A stretch of 64,000 nt of DNA, taken from a virus. Numbering within the stretch: the stretch's first letter is position 1; each line of letters opens with the position of its first letter. The position numbers and the translations under genes were made by a program. Below are positions 26,832-36,697 of the stretch, in pieces. A model generated the notes under the pieces. That model ran no database searches. It saw only the letters and a list, made by a program, of their open reading frames with translations, and was not told the DNA's origin. Location of the stretch: the IMG/VR virus record IMGVR_UViG_3300021959_004274, positions 28,188 through 92,187 of that record; one strand, 5' to 3'.

Positions 26832-28637
26832 TTACCAATTGATTAATGTTTTTAATCTCTCAACGTAGTTTTCTTCTACTTTATATATTTTACCATCTAC
26901 TTCAAACTCTTTTTTGCCATCACGTTTAGCGTTAGCAAGTGCTAATGAAAATTCATTACCTTCGTCTACATCATCTTCGTTAACTGCGTCAGGTTGTACA
27001 TTTGAAATAGCAGTTCTTAACAGTTTACCAGTTTCAGTTCTAAACTCAACTGCTTCGTCTGTTACTGTTTCAACTGTACCTTTAGTACCTTTGACTGTAA
27101 CAATTTGATCACCTACTGATGGTGTGTATTCTTCTGTTACTGTATCTTCAGCCGCTAATACACCTGCCAGGTCTTTCATTTTACCAATATATGCTGGTTT
27201 GTCTGGATCCTGGTTTAAGCCTGGAGTTTTAACTTCTTCCCAATCTGACTTTTTACTTTGATACTTTTTCTCAAACTCTTCGTCTGATAGTTCTTCTAAG
27301 TCTAGGTGTAGCTCTTTCATTTTACCTTCTTCAAGTTCTACATCTTCCATTGGCACATCAGCGTCTCTTGCGTCCCACTCTGCGTCTGCATCTTCTTGAG
27401 CCGCTTCTAATGCTTCGTTGTGTAACTCGCCGCCTGGCTGTACCATTTGTGTACACCATTCGTCTGTTAGTTTATTGTTGCCGTCACCGTTACACCAAGC
27501 ATTTAATGATTTAGGATCTACAAATGCTTTATTTTGTTCTTTATCAACAACTACTGTGTAGCGTACACCACCGTAGCCTGGTTCACCATCATCACCAGCA
27601 AATTCCCATTCCATTTCGCTTTCCCATGAATCTGGATCAAAACCTTCGTTTACATCGTATGACATTTCTTCTGCCCACGATTCAAATTCTTTAATTTCTT
27701 TCATTGACTTACCCTCTAGTTCAAGTTTAGCCAACACTGGTATTGCTGACTCTACTCTTTGATCTAATAATCTTTCAGTAAATAATTCACGCACACGTTC
27801 CACTACTTCTTGTTGTGGTTGTTCACTGCTGTTGTATTCTTCAAATGCTTTATGATATCCACGTTTACCAATCATTGATTTAACTTTACGTTTAATATCC
27901 CCAAAGTGTCTAAGGCCACGTTCTGCAAGTTCTGTTGATTCAGAGTCTTGCCAGTCCTTACCACGTGCATATCTAGTAAAAGCACCTAGTGTTTCAATAT
28001 CACTAACCAGTTCACAAATGTACTGACCAAATGAGTCATATGGATTACCACCTTCACTTACATGTCTTGCCATAGCACGACCACCATATAGTTTATTAAA
28101 TGGTAGTTTGAAACGTTCGCCATCTGATGTTTCAACGTAAAGTGCGGCTACATTTCTGTATCGCTGATCACCTTGTTCTTCATCAATTGGTCTTGAATGT
28201 ACTATTTTAAGTTTTGCTTCTTTAGTAGGTCTTGTGTATGATGTCTTTTTAAATCCGTAGTATTTTGATTCAGTGACTTGTGCCATTGTTTGCATAGCAA
28301 ATTTTAGTTTATTCATATGTTTTAGACTAAACTCTAACATGTTACGTTTAGCAAAGTGGCGTAATTGATATAAAAAGTCATACCAATCTTTTTTATCTTC
28401 TGAATCCATACCTTTACCAAGCACATCACCATAGTAAACTTCTAACTCGCCTTTAGGGTTAATAGTAACTACTACTGTGCCGTAGTTTTGTTCTCCAACT
28501 TTATAGCTAAATGAGAATAAGTCTGCCTGTGTAGCATCAGATGTTTCTTTGCCTTTTGCGTCACGAGTGGTTAACTCAAAACTCTTAGCAACAAGTAGGT
28601 CAAACAGTTTCTGTCTTGTGTCTTCTAATGATATCAT
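26832..28637 (-). CDS. Large late protein, probable head-associated multi-domain protein
   Basis: Late box; acidic C-terminal half with many (V/L)xE sites. Confidence 0.65.
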   Translation of the reverse strand: MISLEDTRQKLFDLLVAKSFELTTRDAKGKETSDATQADLFSFSYKVGEQNYGTVVVTINPKGELEVYYGDVLGKGMDSEDKKDWYDFLYQLRHFAKRNMLEFSLKHMNKLKFAMQTMAQVTESKYYGFKKTSYTRPTKEAKLKIVHSRPIDEEQGDQRYRNVAALYVETSDGERFKLPFNKLYGGRAMARHVSEGGNPYDSFGQYICELVSDIETLGAFTRYARGKDWQDSESTELAERGLRHFGDIKRKVKSMIGKRGYHKAFEEYNSSEQPQQEVVERVRELFTERLLDQRVESAIPVLAKLELEGKSMKEIKEFESWAEEMSYDVNEGFDPDSWESEMEWEFAGDDGEPGYGGVRYTVVVDKEQNKAFVDPKSLNAWCNGDGNNKLTDEWCTQMVQPGGELHNEALEAAQEDADAEWDARDADVPMEDVELEEGKMKELHLDLEELSDEEFEKKYQSKKSDWEEVKTPGLNQDPDKPAYIGKMKDLAGVLAAEDTVTEEYTPSVGDQIVTVKGTKGTVETVTDEAVEFRTETGKLLRTAISNVQPDAVNEDDVDEGNEFSLALANAKRDGKKEFEVDGKIYKVEENYVERLKTLINW

Positions 28638-28659
28638 AAGTGTATTTATCTAATCATAA

Positions 28660-30225
28660 TTAAATCATTATGAATGGAAGTGGCTCCACAATATCATCAT
28701 TGTGATCACGTAAGTTGTCACCAATGTTTTTATGATATTCCTGTAGTTGTTGCATCATACGCACACCCAATACTGTTGCCATAACTAAGTCGTCATGCTC
28801 ACCTGGTTTAGCCGCATAACTTGTGCCGTGTGCTACAAAGTTTTTAAGTTCACTGACTAAAGGTCTTGATTTAATTTTTAGTTTATTTGATTCAATTAAA
28901 TTTTTAAGTTTAGCACAGGCAGATATTTTTGACTTGTTTGTGGTATTAAAACCTTTACGATAACGTCTACCATTGCCCATTGTTTTTGTTTCACTTAAGA
29001 ATATGCCAGGAATGTTTTCCTCACCAAACTCTGCTAGACTTATCAATGCCGCTTCACCTAGAGTGTTGTTTTCTACCGAATAGTATATTGAGTTTTGATC
29101 TTCTAAGGTTTCGTTTAAGTGTCTAATAATATCAACAAACACACGAACCTGTTCAGGTATAGTTGTTCTATTATGTTTCCATTCTGCTACTTGTTCTGTT
29201 GTTGTAGCATTAATAACCTGCATAGCGGAGTAATCGCCACCTGTTCCTAAACTTGGATCCCAGGCCACTACATAGATATCACCCTTTTCAGGTTTACTGT
29301 ACCATCGTACTTGTCCCATTTGCCGTATAGGATCAATACCCTGAAGATCTATTAACTTAGTAGGTGCAATCAATGTTTCATCATTGATAATAAATTCACA
29401 ATCCATTTCACGTCTAAAACGTTCATCTCCTAGTTTAGCACGTTCTTCTTTAGCCCATTGCTCATCTCTATCTGGATGTTCATTCCAATATGATCTATAT
29501 GCTCTAAATCCGTTAACACCTAGGTCAGTTGGGTTGCCATGTTCGTCTTCTGTTTTGTTTGCTTGTTTCCATAGTAAAGCAAACTGATCTTCATCTGAGT
29601 TAGGTGTTGATGTAATAATCGCTTTACCACCAGTGGTAAGTGTGGGTGAGATTGAAGTCCAGAACTCTCGGGCAATAGTAGGTCTCACAAAAGCAAACTC
29701 GTCACAGTATAGCATTGAAATGGACATACCTCGTCCAGTGTTTTCAGTTGTTGTTTGTGCTACTATACGACTGCCGTTGTCAAATTCTATACTACCTTTA
29801 TTATAACTAACAGCACCTGCTCTGATATGATCTGGACATGACTCATAAGCATATCTAACACGTTGCATAATTTCTTGTGCGCCTGCGTATTTGTGTGCGG
29901 CTACTAGCACAGTTGAATCTGGAACAAACATAGCATACCATAACAAGTAGCCAGCGGCTGATGTTGACTTGCCTGTTTGCCTAGGCATCATTGATATACT
30001 AAATCTATTATCGTGGTAAGTATTGATTAATCTTTCTTGATATTCGTAAGGTTTATACTTCATATTACCATGTATAGGATGCTGTATGGTAAAGAAGTTA
30101 CTCATAAAATACATTGGGCCAGATTTAGGATCAGCACATTTTTTAAATTCTTGTAACTGTGCTGTTGTGAATTCTGTTTTCTTGTGTGCTTTTTTAATTA
30201 ATACGCCGTCTAGTGATTTAGCCAT
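28660..30225 (-). CDS. gp17: Terminase large subunit
   Basis: PRQTGKS, YCDEFAF, STPN, WDPSLGTGGDYS, HDDLV. Confidence 0.95.
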   Translation of the reverse strand: MAKSLDGVLIKKAHKKTEFTTAQLQEFKKCADPKSGPMYFMSNFFTIQHPIHGNMKYKPYEYQERLINTYHDNRFSISMMPRQTGKSTSAAGYLLWYAMFVPDSTVLVAAHKYAGAQEIMQRVRYAYESCPDHIRAGAVSYNKGSIEFDNGSRIVAQTTTENTGRGMSISMLYCDEFAFVRPTIAREFWTSISPTLTTGGKAIITSTPNSDEDQFALLWKQANKTEDEHGNPTDLGVNGFRAYRSYWNEHPDRDEQWAKEERAKLGDERFRREMDCEFIINDETLIAPTKLIDLQGIDPIRQMGQVRWYSKPEKGDIYVVAWDPSLGTGGDYSAMQVINATTTEQVAEWKHNRTTIPEQVRVFVDIIRHLNETLEDQNSIYYSVENNTLGEAALISLAEFGEENIPGIFLSETKTMGNGRRYRKGFNTTNKSKISACAKLKNLIESNKLKIKSRPLVSELKNFVAHGTSYAAKPGEHDDLVMATVLGVRMMQQLQEYHKNIGDNLRDHNDDIVEPLPFIMI

Positions 30226-30226
30226 A

Positions 30227-30421
30227 TCACTTCCTTGGCATTGGATTTTCACCAGTTAGATGGGGTTGTGCAAACCATAACTTAAACCATTCAGGTGTAC
30301 CTGGCTGTATATTATGTTTTTTCATATACTCGCTTTTCTCGGTGGCAGTGTAACTCATATTTTCTCCCATAGTAGGAGTTGAGTTTACACCTGCCAAGTG
30401 TTTAAGCTCTTCTATATTCAT
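30227..30421 (-). CDS. Small late protein (LKHLAGV; PGTPEWFKLWF)
   Basis: ORF with late box upstream. Confidence 0.7.
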   Translation of the reverse strand: MNIEELKHLAGVNSTPTMGENMSYTATEKSEYMKKHNIQPGTPEWFKLWFAQPHLTGENPMPRK

Positions 30422-30425
30422 ACTA

Positions 30426-31076
30426 CTATTTAACGTCTATTGGTCTCTTTTTAACTGCTACTATGCCGTATGCTTTTTCTGCAAACGTTTGTTCTGTTGC
30501 TTTATCTAGTGCTTGTGATTCTAAGGTATTTGTTATTTCAATATCAAACCCTGCTTTAACTATTAGATTCATTAGCATACGATCTGTCATTACAGAATAG
30601 TTGTTTGGATGTGCTTCGTGGTTTCTTACATTATGTGGTTGTGCTGTTTCTATATACAACTTACCTTTTTGTTTTAACACTCTATTAAATTCTAACAATG
30701 TAATATAAGGAAATGGTGATTTTTCTAAATCACGTCTACAGTAAATAAAGTCAACACTTTCGTCCTTATCTGACAAAAAACTAGTATGTTCGTAACGAAC
30801 TTTGTGCCCTTTATCTTGACAAAGCTGAACTTCATCTTTAAATGATGTAATGCCTGTAACATTTTTATATTTTTCTTTTTTTGCTACATCTAAAAAGTAA
30901 CCTGCTGAGCAACCTATATCTAATATTGTTGCTGTTTTTTTAATTTTAAGAGGTTTAATCATAAGATTATAAACTTCTTCTGTTGTTATTTTATTGAATT
31001 CATTTTCAGGTTCAGCTATACGCTGTGTTTGAATAAATTCATTATAGAGCTTAAATTTTACTGTGTCGAACTTCAT
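30426..31076 (-). CDS. Class I SAM-dependent methyltransferase
   Basis: LDIGCSAG, EFNRVLKQKG. Confidence 0.8.
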   Translation of the reverse strand: MKFDTVKFKLYNEFIQTQRIAEPENEFNKITTEEVYNLMIKPLKIKKTATILDIGCSAGYFLDVAKKEKYKNVTGITSFKDEVQLCQDKGHKVRYEHTSFLSDKDESVDFIYCRRDLEKSPFPYITLLEFNRVLKQKGKLYIETAQPHNVRNHEAHPNNYSVMTDRMLMNLIVKAGFDIEITNTLESQALDKATEQTFAEKAYGIVAVKKRPIDVK

Positions 31077-31107
31077 GATATTTCCTTAAAAGTGTTTGTA
31101 TTACTTA

Positions 31108-31800
31108 TTAGTTGTTTCGATAGTGAATAAATTTTGTTGAATTGATTATAGCGTAGTCAGGTTCGAGCATTCGTTTCACCTGAGCTTTATACTCCTCAGA
31201 TGCCAAGGTTTGCTTAATTAGGTCTTGTATTTGACTCATAATTGGATCTTGCTGACTAGTTACATTACTATTTTTATAAACATTGTCAGACGGTTCATTT
31301 AGACCAAAATGAGTTTGTAAGTTGGGCTTTAAATGATAAGGGTGCCACCAAAAGTAGTTTCTAGGTAATTCTGGAAGTATTGATTGATAAAAATAATATT
31401 GTGGCCAAGTATGATCATCAAACCAACAGACCTGATCTGCCATTATTCTTTCTACTATAGGCCAATATGTTCTTAAATCATCTATAGTAAATGCCTTAGA
31501 ATTTTCTGACCAGGGAGGAAACATGATATTAGATTGTAAATATTGTGCAAACCCAGATACTAGTCTAAGAAGTGGATCTCTAAGAATAACTGTAATTGAT
31601 TGTAACTTAGTTTTAGTTTGTGGGATGTCTCTATAATTAAAAGTGGTCCAGCCATTTTCAACTAGCCAACTGTTAGTAAAACTACTGGCGTTCTTAGGAA
31701 TGTTAACATAAAAAGTAGCACCATCAGGGCTTAATAAACCGCCGCCCCACTTTTGTGAAAATAACGATTTAGTTAAATGTCTTGCTAATTGTTCGTACAT
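31108..31800 (-). CDS. Sulfotransferase family 2-like protein
   Basis: NIPKNASS, RDPLLRLVSG, DDHTWPQ. Confidence 0.65.
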   Translation of the reverse strand: MYEQLARHLTKSLFSQKWGGGLLSPDGATFYVNIPKNASSFTNSWLVENGWTTFNYRDIPQTKTKLQSITVILRDPLLRLVSGFAQYLQSNIMFPPWSENSKAFTIDDLRTYWPIVERIMADQVCWFDDHTWPQYYFYQSILPELPRNYFWWHPYHLKPNLQTHFGLNEPSDNVYKNSNVTSQQDPIMSQIQDLIKQTLASEEYKAQVKRMLEPDYAIINSTKFIHYRNN

Positions 31801-32417
31801 TATATTGCCTTTTCTGTGTATTCACTCTTGTTCCATCCTAGCAAATATTTAGCCTTCCAGTCGTTTTGTGTAAACCCTTTAAGGTGTTGCCATTCATCTC
31901 TTTCACGCCATATCTGTCTTGCTGAGTCTTCAAAGTCCAACCGATTTATTTTATCTTCAAACGCATATAGTTTATCTCTAAACTCATTAAAGTCGTTGAA
32001 GTCACATTCAACATGTAGTACTTCAAAAACTTCCCCGTCATCTCTAACATAGTCTATGTCAAAGTCCCAACCCCATTGTTGACGTGTGCGTAACAGTAAG
32101 TCTGCTTGTGGAATAGTTTTTTGTAGTTCTAACAGTTGTTCTCTGGCTTGGTCAGCAAAACTAGCACGGTGTAAAATCATTGCGTGATCTAACAAGAGTC
32201 TAGGATGATCTAAAGTTAGCCATTGTTCTTGCCATAGTCTATGATTGAGTATTGGTTGATCTAAAGGATGACCTTCTGCTTCATAATAGCGTTGTTCTGC
32301 TTGAGTTAACTCAAAGCCATCTTTATCGTAATAGTGGAAATCTTTATTGGTGAGTTGCTCCACTGCTAGTGTACAAAGGGGGTTTTGTACTAGTGGAACA
32401 TTAACTCGTTGAAACAT
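31800..32417 (-). CDS. Hypothetical protein
   Basis: Coupled ORF. Confidence 0.7.
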   Translation of the reverse strand: MFQRVNVPLVQNPLCTLAVEQLTNKDFHYYDKDGFELTQAEQRYYEAEGHPLDQPILNHRLWQEQWLTLDHPRLLLDHAMILHRASFADQAREQLLELQKTIPQADLLLRTRQQWGWDFDIDYVRDDGEVFEVLHVECDFNDFNEFRDKLYAFEDKINRLDFEDSARQIWRERDEWQHLKGFTQNDWKAKYLLGWNKSEYTEKAI

Positions 32418-32418
32418 G

Positions 32419-32994
32419 TTAACCGCGTGATTGCTTAGGGCCTTGGCGACACTTCCACTTTTTATCTGTAGAGCAGTAGTATTTGCCGTGTTTGCAATTA
32501 TCTAAGTTTTCTTCTTTAACGCAACTGCCTGGTTCGCCACGCTTCTTGCCTGGAACTTTTTTATAACCTTTCCAGCATTTGTCATAGACTTTGCTGTTAG
32601 GATGAGCTTCGTGCATACCAAAGTTGCCTGATGTAGAAGCTTGTTTAATGCCTTTTTCTTCTGCGTAGGCGTCTACTGACATAGCAAGTTGGAAATCAAG
32701 TACTGTAAGACCCTTAACGTCAAACGTAGACGTCTTTACTTTAACTTCTGTAACGTCTTGTGTTACTTCTGCAAAGTGATCCATTTTCTCAGATAGGTCA
32801 TTAATAAAGCCTATCATTTCTTCTGCTTGTCTGTGATCTTGGCAAACATACATTGTTTGTATTTCTCGATGATCTAACATTTCCCAGTCTGGTAAGAACT
32901 TATTTTTAATCTTATCAAGTTGCTCGTGACTAGGAACAAACTCTTCTACATCGTTTGCTCTAAATTGACCTTCTCGGAATTCTTCAAATCTCAT
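32419..32994 (-). CDS. Pterin-4a-carbinolamine dehydratase-like domain plus C-terminal Cys modules
   Basis: LPDW...MDHFAEV...STFDVKGLTVLDFQLA; CWKGYKK...CVKE. Confidence 0.7.
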   Translation of the reverse strand: MRFEEFREGQFRANDVEEFVPSHEQLDKIKNKFLPDWEMLDHREIQTMYVCQDHRQAEEMIGFINDLSEKMDHFAEVTQDVTEVKVKTSTFDVKGLTVLDFQLAMSVDAYAEEKGIKQASTSGNFGMHEAHPNSKVYDKCWKGYKKVPGKKRGEPGSCVKEENLDNCKHGKYYCSTDKKWKCRQGPKQSRG

Positions 32995-33407
32995 AACTTG
33001 ACCTTGCCTTCTCGCAATAGCTTTTCTCTATTGGCCATGTGTTTGATCTGTATCTCTTCTTTTGAGCCACCAAAGTAAGCAACAGCATGTCCTTCTTCTA
33101 CCAAGACGTCTGTTACCATACGTCCATCATTTGTAGTAAAGTCACCTAGAATACGACCAAACTTGCCTTTTGAATCATATTCTTTACATTTAAGTATAGA
33201 CTTCTTACCTAATAGTTGTTTGAGTCTGTCTTTAGCGGCCAGTCCAAACTTCTTTTCTGTTAAATCTCTTGTTCTTGATTCTGGAGTATCAATACCCATG
33301 ATGCGTACACGTTCGTCCTTTAGCATCACGCCAAATCCTAAATCAATATCTATGTCAACTGTATCGCCGTCAACTACACGTTTAATTACTGCTTGATACT
33401 CGTACAT
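32991..33407 (-). CDS. Thermonuclease (SNase-like)
   Basis: VVDGDTVD, RIMGIDTPE, GKFGRILG. Confidence 0.88.
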   Translation of the reverse strand: MYEYQAVIKRVVDGDTVDIDIDLGFGVMLKDERVRIMGIDTPESRTRDLTEKKFGLAAKDRLKQLLGKKSILKCKEYDSKGKFGRILGDFTTNDGRMVTDVLVEEGHAVAYFGGSKEEIQIKHMANREKLLREGKVKL

Positions 33408-33551
33408 TTAATCCCTCACGTCTGCTGTTGTTATATTTGTGGGCTCTTCATCATCGCTATCGCAGTCTTTACAATAGCAATCTGGGCACTCCCAACATTC
33501 TGTGCATGATTGTCCACAGTGTGCGGAACAACCACAGTGTTCACATTTCAT
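33408..33551 (-). CDS. 47-aa Cys-rich metallothionein-like protein (not in ORF track)
   Basis: MKCEHCGCSAHCGQSCTECWECPDCYCKDCDSDDEEPTNITTADVRD; ATGA overlap upstream, TAAATG junction downstream. Confidence 0.75.
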   Translation of the reverse strand: MKCEHCGCSAHCGQSCTECWECPDCYCKDCDSDDEEPTNITTADVRD

Positions 33552-33904
33552 CGAGGATATCCTTTAAAAGGTTGAACGGTTGATTGTTTGTTTGTGTCTT
33601 CAGGTTCACTACTAGGACCTTTAATCATGTCCTGCACTGGAATACCTAATGCTTTACATGCTTCTCGATACATTTCTGCTTCTTCTTCGGTATATGTACC
33701 AATGTACATTTTGTTACCCATGGCTGATTCAATATCAATGTCATCTAATGCCTCTGGATAGCGACCCATTAGCATACTGGCACGATATAGGCCATAATAT
33801 CTATCTGCATTTGTAGAAGTCAACGCACCCGGTGATGCGGCATCATGCGTAGGTATTATTTTACCTTTATGATTTTTTTCTGTAATAAACTGTTTAGCTC
33901 TCAT
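33548..33904 (-). CDS. Hypothetical, probable head-packaged (MRAKQFITE)
   Basis: CTS-like N-terminus. Confidence 0.7.
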   Translation of the reverse strand: MRAKQFITEKNHKGKIIPTHDAASPGALTSTNADRYYGLYRASMLMGRYPEALDDIDIESAMGNKMYIGTYTEEEAEMYREACKALGIPVQDMIKGPSSEPEDTNKQSTVQPFKGYPR

Positions 33905-34182
33905 TCTTCTTCAATAATCTCTAAAACTAATTCACCTTGACCTTTTATTAGTCTGTGATATTGTTCACTAGCAATAAAATATGTTTCATTCTCTTCTAGT
34001 TCAACCGGCAATTCGTTATCAAACTGTAATTGCCAACCTTGTCCTTCTATTACTTTTATCTGTCTGTCATTAGCATCACGATGCCAGGCTAAATCTGTTT
34101 CTTCAACAGTTCCTTCAAACCGTCTGTAGATAGTATTATCTAAACGTGTTTCAAAGTATGGTTTGTTACCACCACTGACCAC
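33901..34182 (-). CDS. Cupin-like small protein
   Basis: WHRD...YHRLIKG. Confidence 0.6.
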   Translation of the reverse strand: MVSGGNKPYFETRLDNTIYRRFEGTVEETDLAWHRDANDRQIKVIEGQGWQLQFDNELPVELEENETYFIASEQYHRLIKGQGELVLEIIEEE

Positions 34183-34729
34183 CTTTAACTCCTAAACTTT
34201 TATATCTTGGTGTACGACAAGCCCAATAGCCTGCTTTAGTTTTATCATTCTTTTGTTTACAGTTGTGTCTAGCAACAAATGATTTTACTCTTTCTGGATT
34301 ACCCGACTTAACTGATAAGCCAGTTGTGTCGCCCCAACTAACTTTTTTAACTTTACCTGTTTTAGGATTTTTAACGTAGACATAAAACTTCTTAGATCCA
34401 CCACGTTTAGGTTTATTAAGTTCTACTTTCTTACCTTGGTATTCTGCTTCAGATATAGCATCATCTGCAAATGGTTGATCTAACGGTACTTTGTATCCGT
34501 TTTTAAGAGTAACAACTTGGCCAATATCTGATTCTAATAAGTCCTGATCTTCCCAGTCTGGTGTGTAGTTACCTTCTTTGATCTGCTGTCTAGCATAGTT
34601 AAACAACGCAAAGTAATTATCGCTACCAGGGCGAAATATATTCTCCCTGATAGGAATATTTTTGTCAATGTGATACTGGAACGCTTGTTCTATTGTGTTA
34701 GGTCGTTCTAATACTTCACGAACAAGCAT
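34166..34729 (-). CDS. DUF6321-like T4-like phage protein
   Basis: AEYQGKKVELNKP...KFYVYVKNPKTG...SFVARHNC...YWAC. Confidence 0.65.
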   Translation of the reverse strand: MLVREVLERPNTIEQAFQYHIDKNIPIRENIFRPGSDNYFALFNYARQQIKEGNYTPDWEDQDLLESDIGQVVTLKNGYKVPLDQPFADDAISEAEYQGKKVELNKPKRGGSKKFYVYVKNPKTGKVKKVSWGDTTGLSVKSGNPERVKSFVARHNCKQKNDKTKAGYWACRTPRYKSLGVKGGQWW

Positions 34730-34733
34730 GGTA

Positions 34734-36053
34734 TTAACCTTTGTATTCTTTGTATAAGTCTAAAAGGCTTTCTTCTAACTCTTTGCTGTCGTGTAGTTTA
34801 ACACTGTCACCACGTAGTGCTGACTTGTCTTTAGGACCATTTAAACCACCTGACTGTTTGTTTAACTGTGTGTCAACATCAGCATATTTAGGATCAGGTG
34901 AATTAGCAAGTTCTTCTCCTACTTCCTCGTGTTCTTCTTCTGGTTTATATTCTTTATAACCATCTGAACGCATACCCGATAGTGCTAATAGTTGTTTAAC
35001 CATATCAACGTGATCGCCCTGAGCATTAATGTTTACTGACTCATTGCCTTGATCATCAATTGATTGTGTTAGTTGTACACTTTCATTAATTTGTGTTGCT
35101 TCTGTAACTACTTCTTCTGCAGGAAGTAAATCAGCAAGTTTTGATTCAAATTGTCTTGTTAATTCATCTACTTCTACTTCTTCAATACCTTCCTTCTTAG
35201 GACGACCACGCTCTCTCTTAGGTGCATCTGGGTCAACTATTGCATCTACTGGTTCCAATGATGTAACTTTAGTACCTTTTTGTGTATAGTGATAGTGTCT
35301 ACGTGAACCATCTTTAAATGTAACAGTAAAACCTGCTTCATCATCTTTGTATGGATCCATTTCAACTTCATGACCATTTGCTTCATGCTTTTTAATAATG
35401 TCAGATACATGATTTGGATCATAGTATTCTAAAATGCTTTCATCTGCTTCTACTGATTCTTCAATACCACACGCCGCCATAAATCTTTCTTTGTCAAAGC
35501 GTGGATTTTGTTTAGCAAAAACATCTGCGTGATGTTGTGCTAGTTCTGCTTTCTTAGCTGGTTCAGCATTTTTAATTAAGTCTGCTACCATTTGAAAATC
35601 TTTACGTGTTGGGCCTTCAGAAATTACTTCTTCTTCTTGTGCATCATCTTCATGCACATCAATTGACTCTTCTACTTCTTCTTTGTCCTCGTCCTCGTCC
35701 TCGTCTTTATCTTCTGTTTTGCCTTTTTTAGCATCTAACATTTTCTGAAAAGCCGCTTTCTGTGCTGGACTTTGTGCTTCTGTAATTGATTCTTCTTCAG
35801 CTTCTACTGACTCGTTAGTAGGCTCAGTTTGTACTGCTAGTGTCGGAACACCTGCTAGTTTAGCATAGTCAGCTGGCTCACTTGGTGCATACTCTGTATA
35901 CACATTGTCACCAGTTACTGTTGTTTCAACTGCTTCAGCCGGAGCAGGTGCAGTTGTCATTGCTTCAGCAGACTTAATTGCCGCCTGTTGATCTTCTGTT
36001 GGGTTTTCAATTGCTTTTAATCTTTCTAAAACATCATACATTTCGTTTGCCAT
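34734..36053 (-). CDS. Acidic low-complexity prohead core/internal protein
   Basis: Very Glu-rich; many ITE/ISE/VTE/INE sites; RGRP motif. Confidence 0.6.
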   Translation of the reverse strand: MANEMYDVLERLKAIENPTEDQQAAIKSAEAMTTAPAPAEAVETTVTGDNVYTEYAPSEPADYAKLAGVPTLAVQTEPTNESVEAEEESITEAQSPAQKAAFQKMLDAKKGKTEDKDEDEDEDKEEVEESIDVHEDDAQEEEVISEGPTRKDFQMVADLIKNAEPAKKAELAQHHADVFAKQNPRFDKERFMAACGIEESVEADESILEYYDPNHVSDIIKKHEANGHEVEMDPYKDDEAGFTVTFKDGSRRHYHYTQKGTKVTSLEPVDAIVDPDAPKRERGRPKKEGIEEVEVDELTRQFESKLADLLPAEEVVTEATQINESVQLTQSIDDQGNESVNINAQGDHVDMVKQLLALSGMRSDGYKEYKPEEEHEEVGEELANSPDPKYADVDTQLNKQSGGLNGPKDKSALRGDSVKLHDSKELEESLLDLYKEYKG

Positions 36054-36065
36054 GGGTTTGTCCTC

Positions 36066-36659
36066 TTATCTAGCCGCTGACTTTACGTCAGGCTTTTTAT
36101 TTTTAGTACTACCCACTGGACTCTTATCGCCCTGAGGTAAGTCGTTAGTAGTTTCGGCTTTAGGGGTTGCGCCTCCTGCTACTTCAAATTTTGCGTCACC
36201 TGCATTTTCTATTGCATCTTCTGGCTTAGCGTGATTTTCTTTTGCTTCTTTTTGTTCTTTAGTTTCTTCAGGATACTCTTTTTCTAACAGTGGGCCTTCT
36301 TCTGGTTCACTGCCTTCATTGTTTTCCCAACTATCAGCAAAGTGTTTAGTGATAACTTTAATTTGTGACTTAGGTTTACGTGAGCATTCTTCAATTAATG
36401 CGTAAAGTTCATCTGCTGATGCTGGATAGTTTAGTTCAATTTCAAACATACAAACTTCCATGTTTTTTGTACCAGGAAAGTCTAATGGATCTTCCATTAC
36501 TGGAGTAGTCTTAGGCTCAGTCATTTTAATAATGTCATAACGGCTTAACTTTTCTTCCATGTGTTTGATACAGTCAGCATCACAGCCGCCTGCAACTTTA
36601 ATTTTATATGAGTACGTTTGTGTCGACTCTGTTAAATATTGTTTAAATGTTTTATTCAT
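36066..36659 (-). CDS. Hypothetical, probable head-packaged (MNKTFKQYLTE)
   Basis: Close match to T4 CTS MKTYQEFIAE; late box upstream. Confidence 0.7.
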   Translation of the reverse strand: MNKTFKQYLTESTQTYSYKIKVAGGCDADCIKHMEEKLSRYDIIKMTEPKTTPVMEDPLDFPGTKNMEVCMFEIELNYPASADELYALIEECSRKPKSQIKVITKHFADSWENNEGSEPEEGPLLEKEYPEETKEQKEAKENHAKPEDAIENAGDAKFEVAGGATPKAETTNDLPQGDKSPVGSTKNKKPDVKSAAR

Positions 36660-36697
36660 AATTTCATATTCCCCTATTGATAGTATTTATGCTACTA

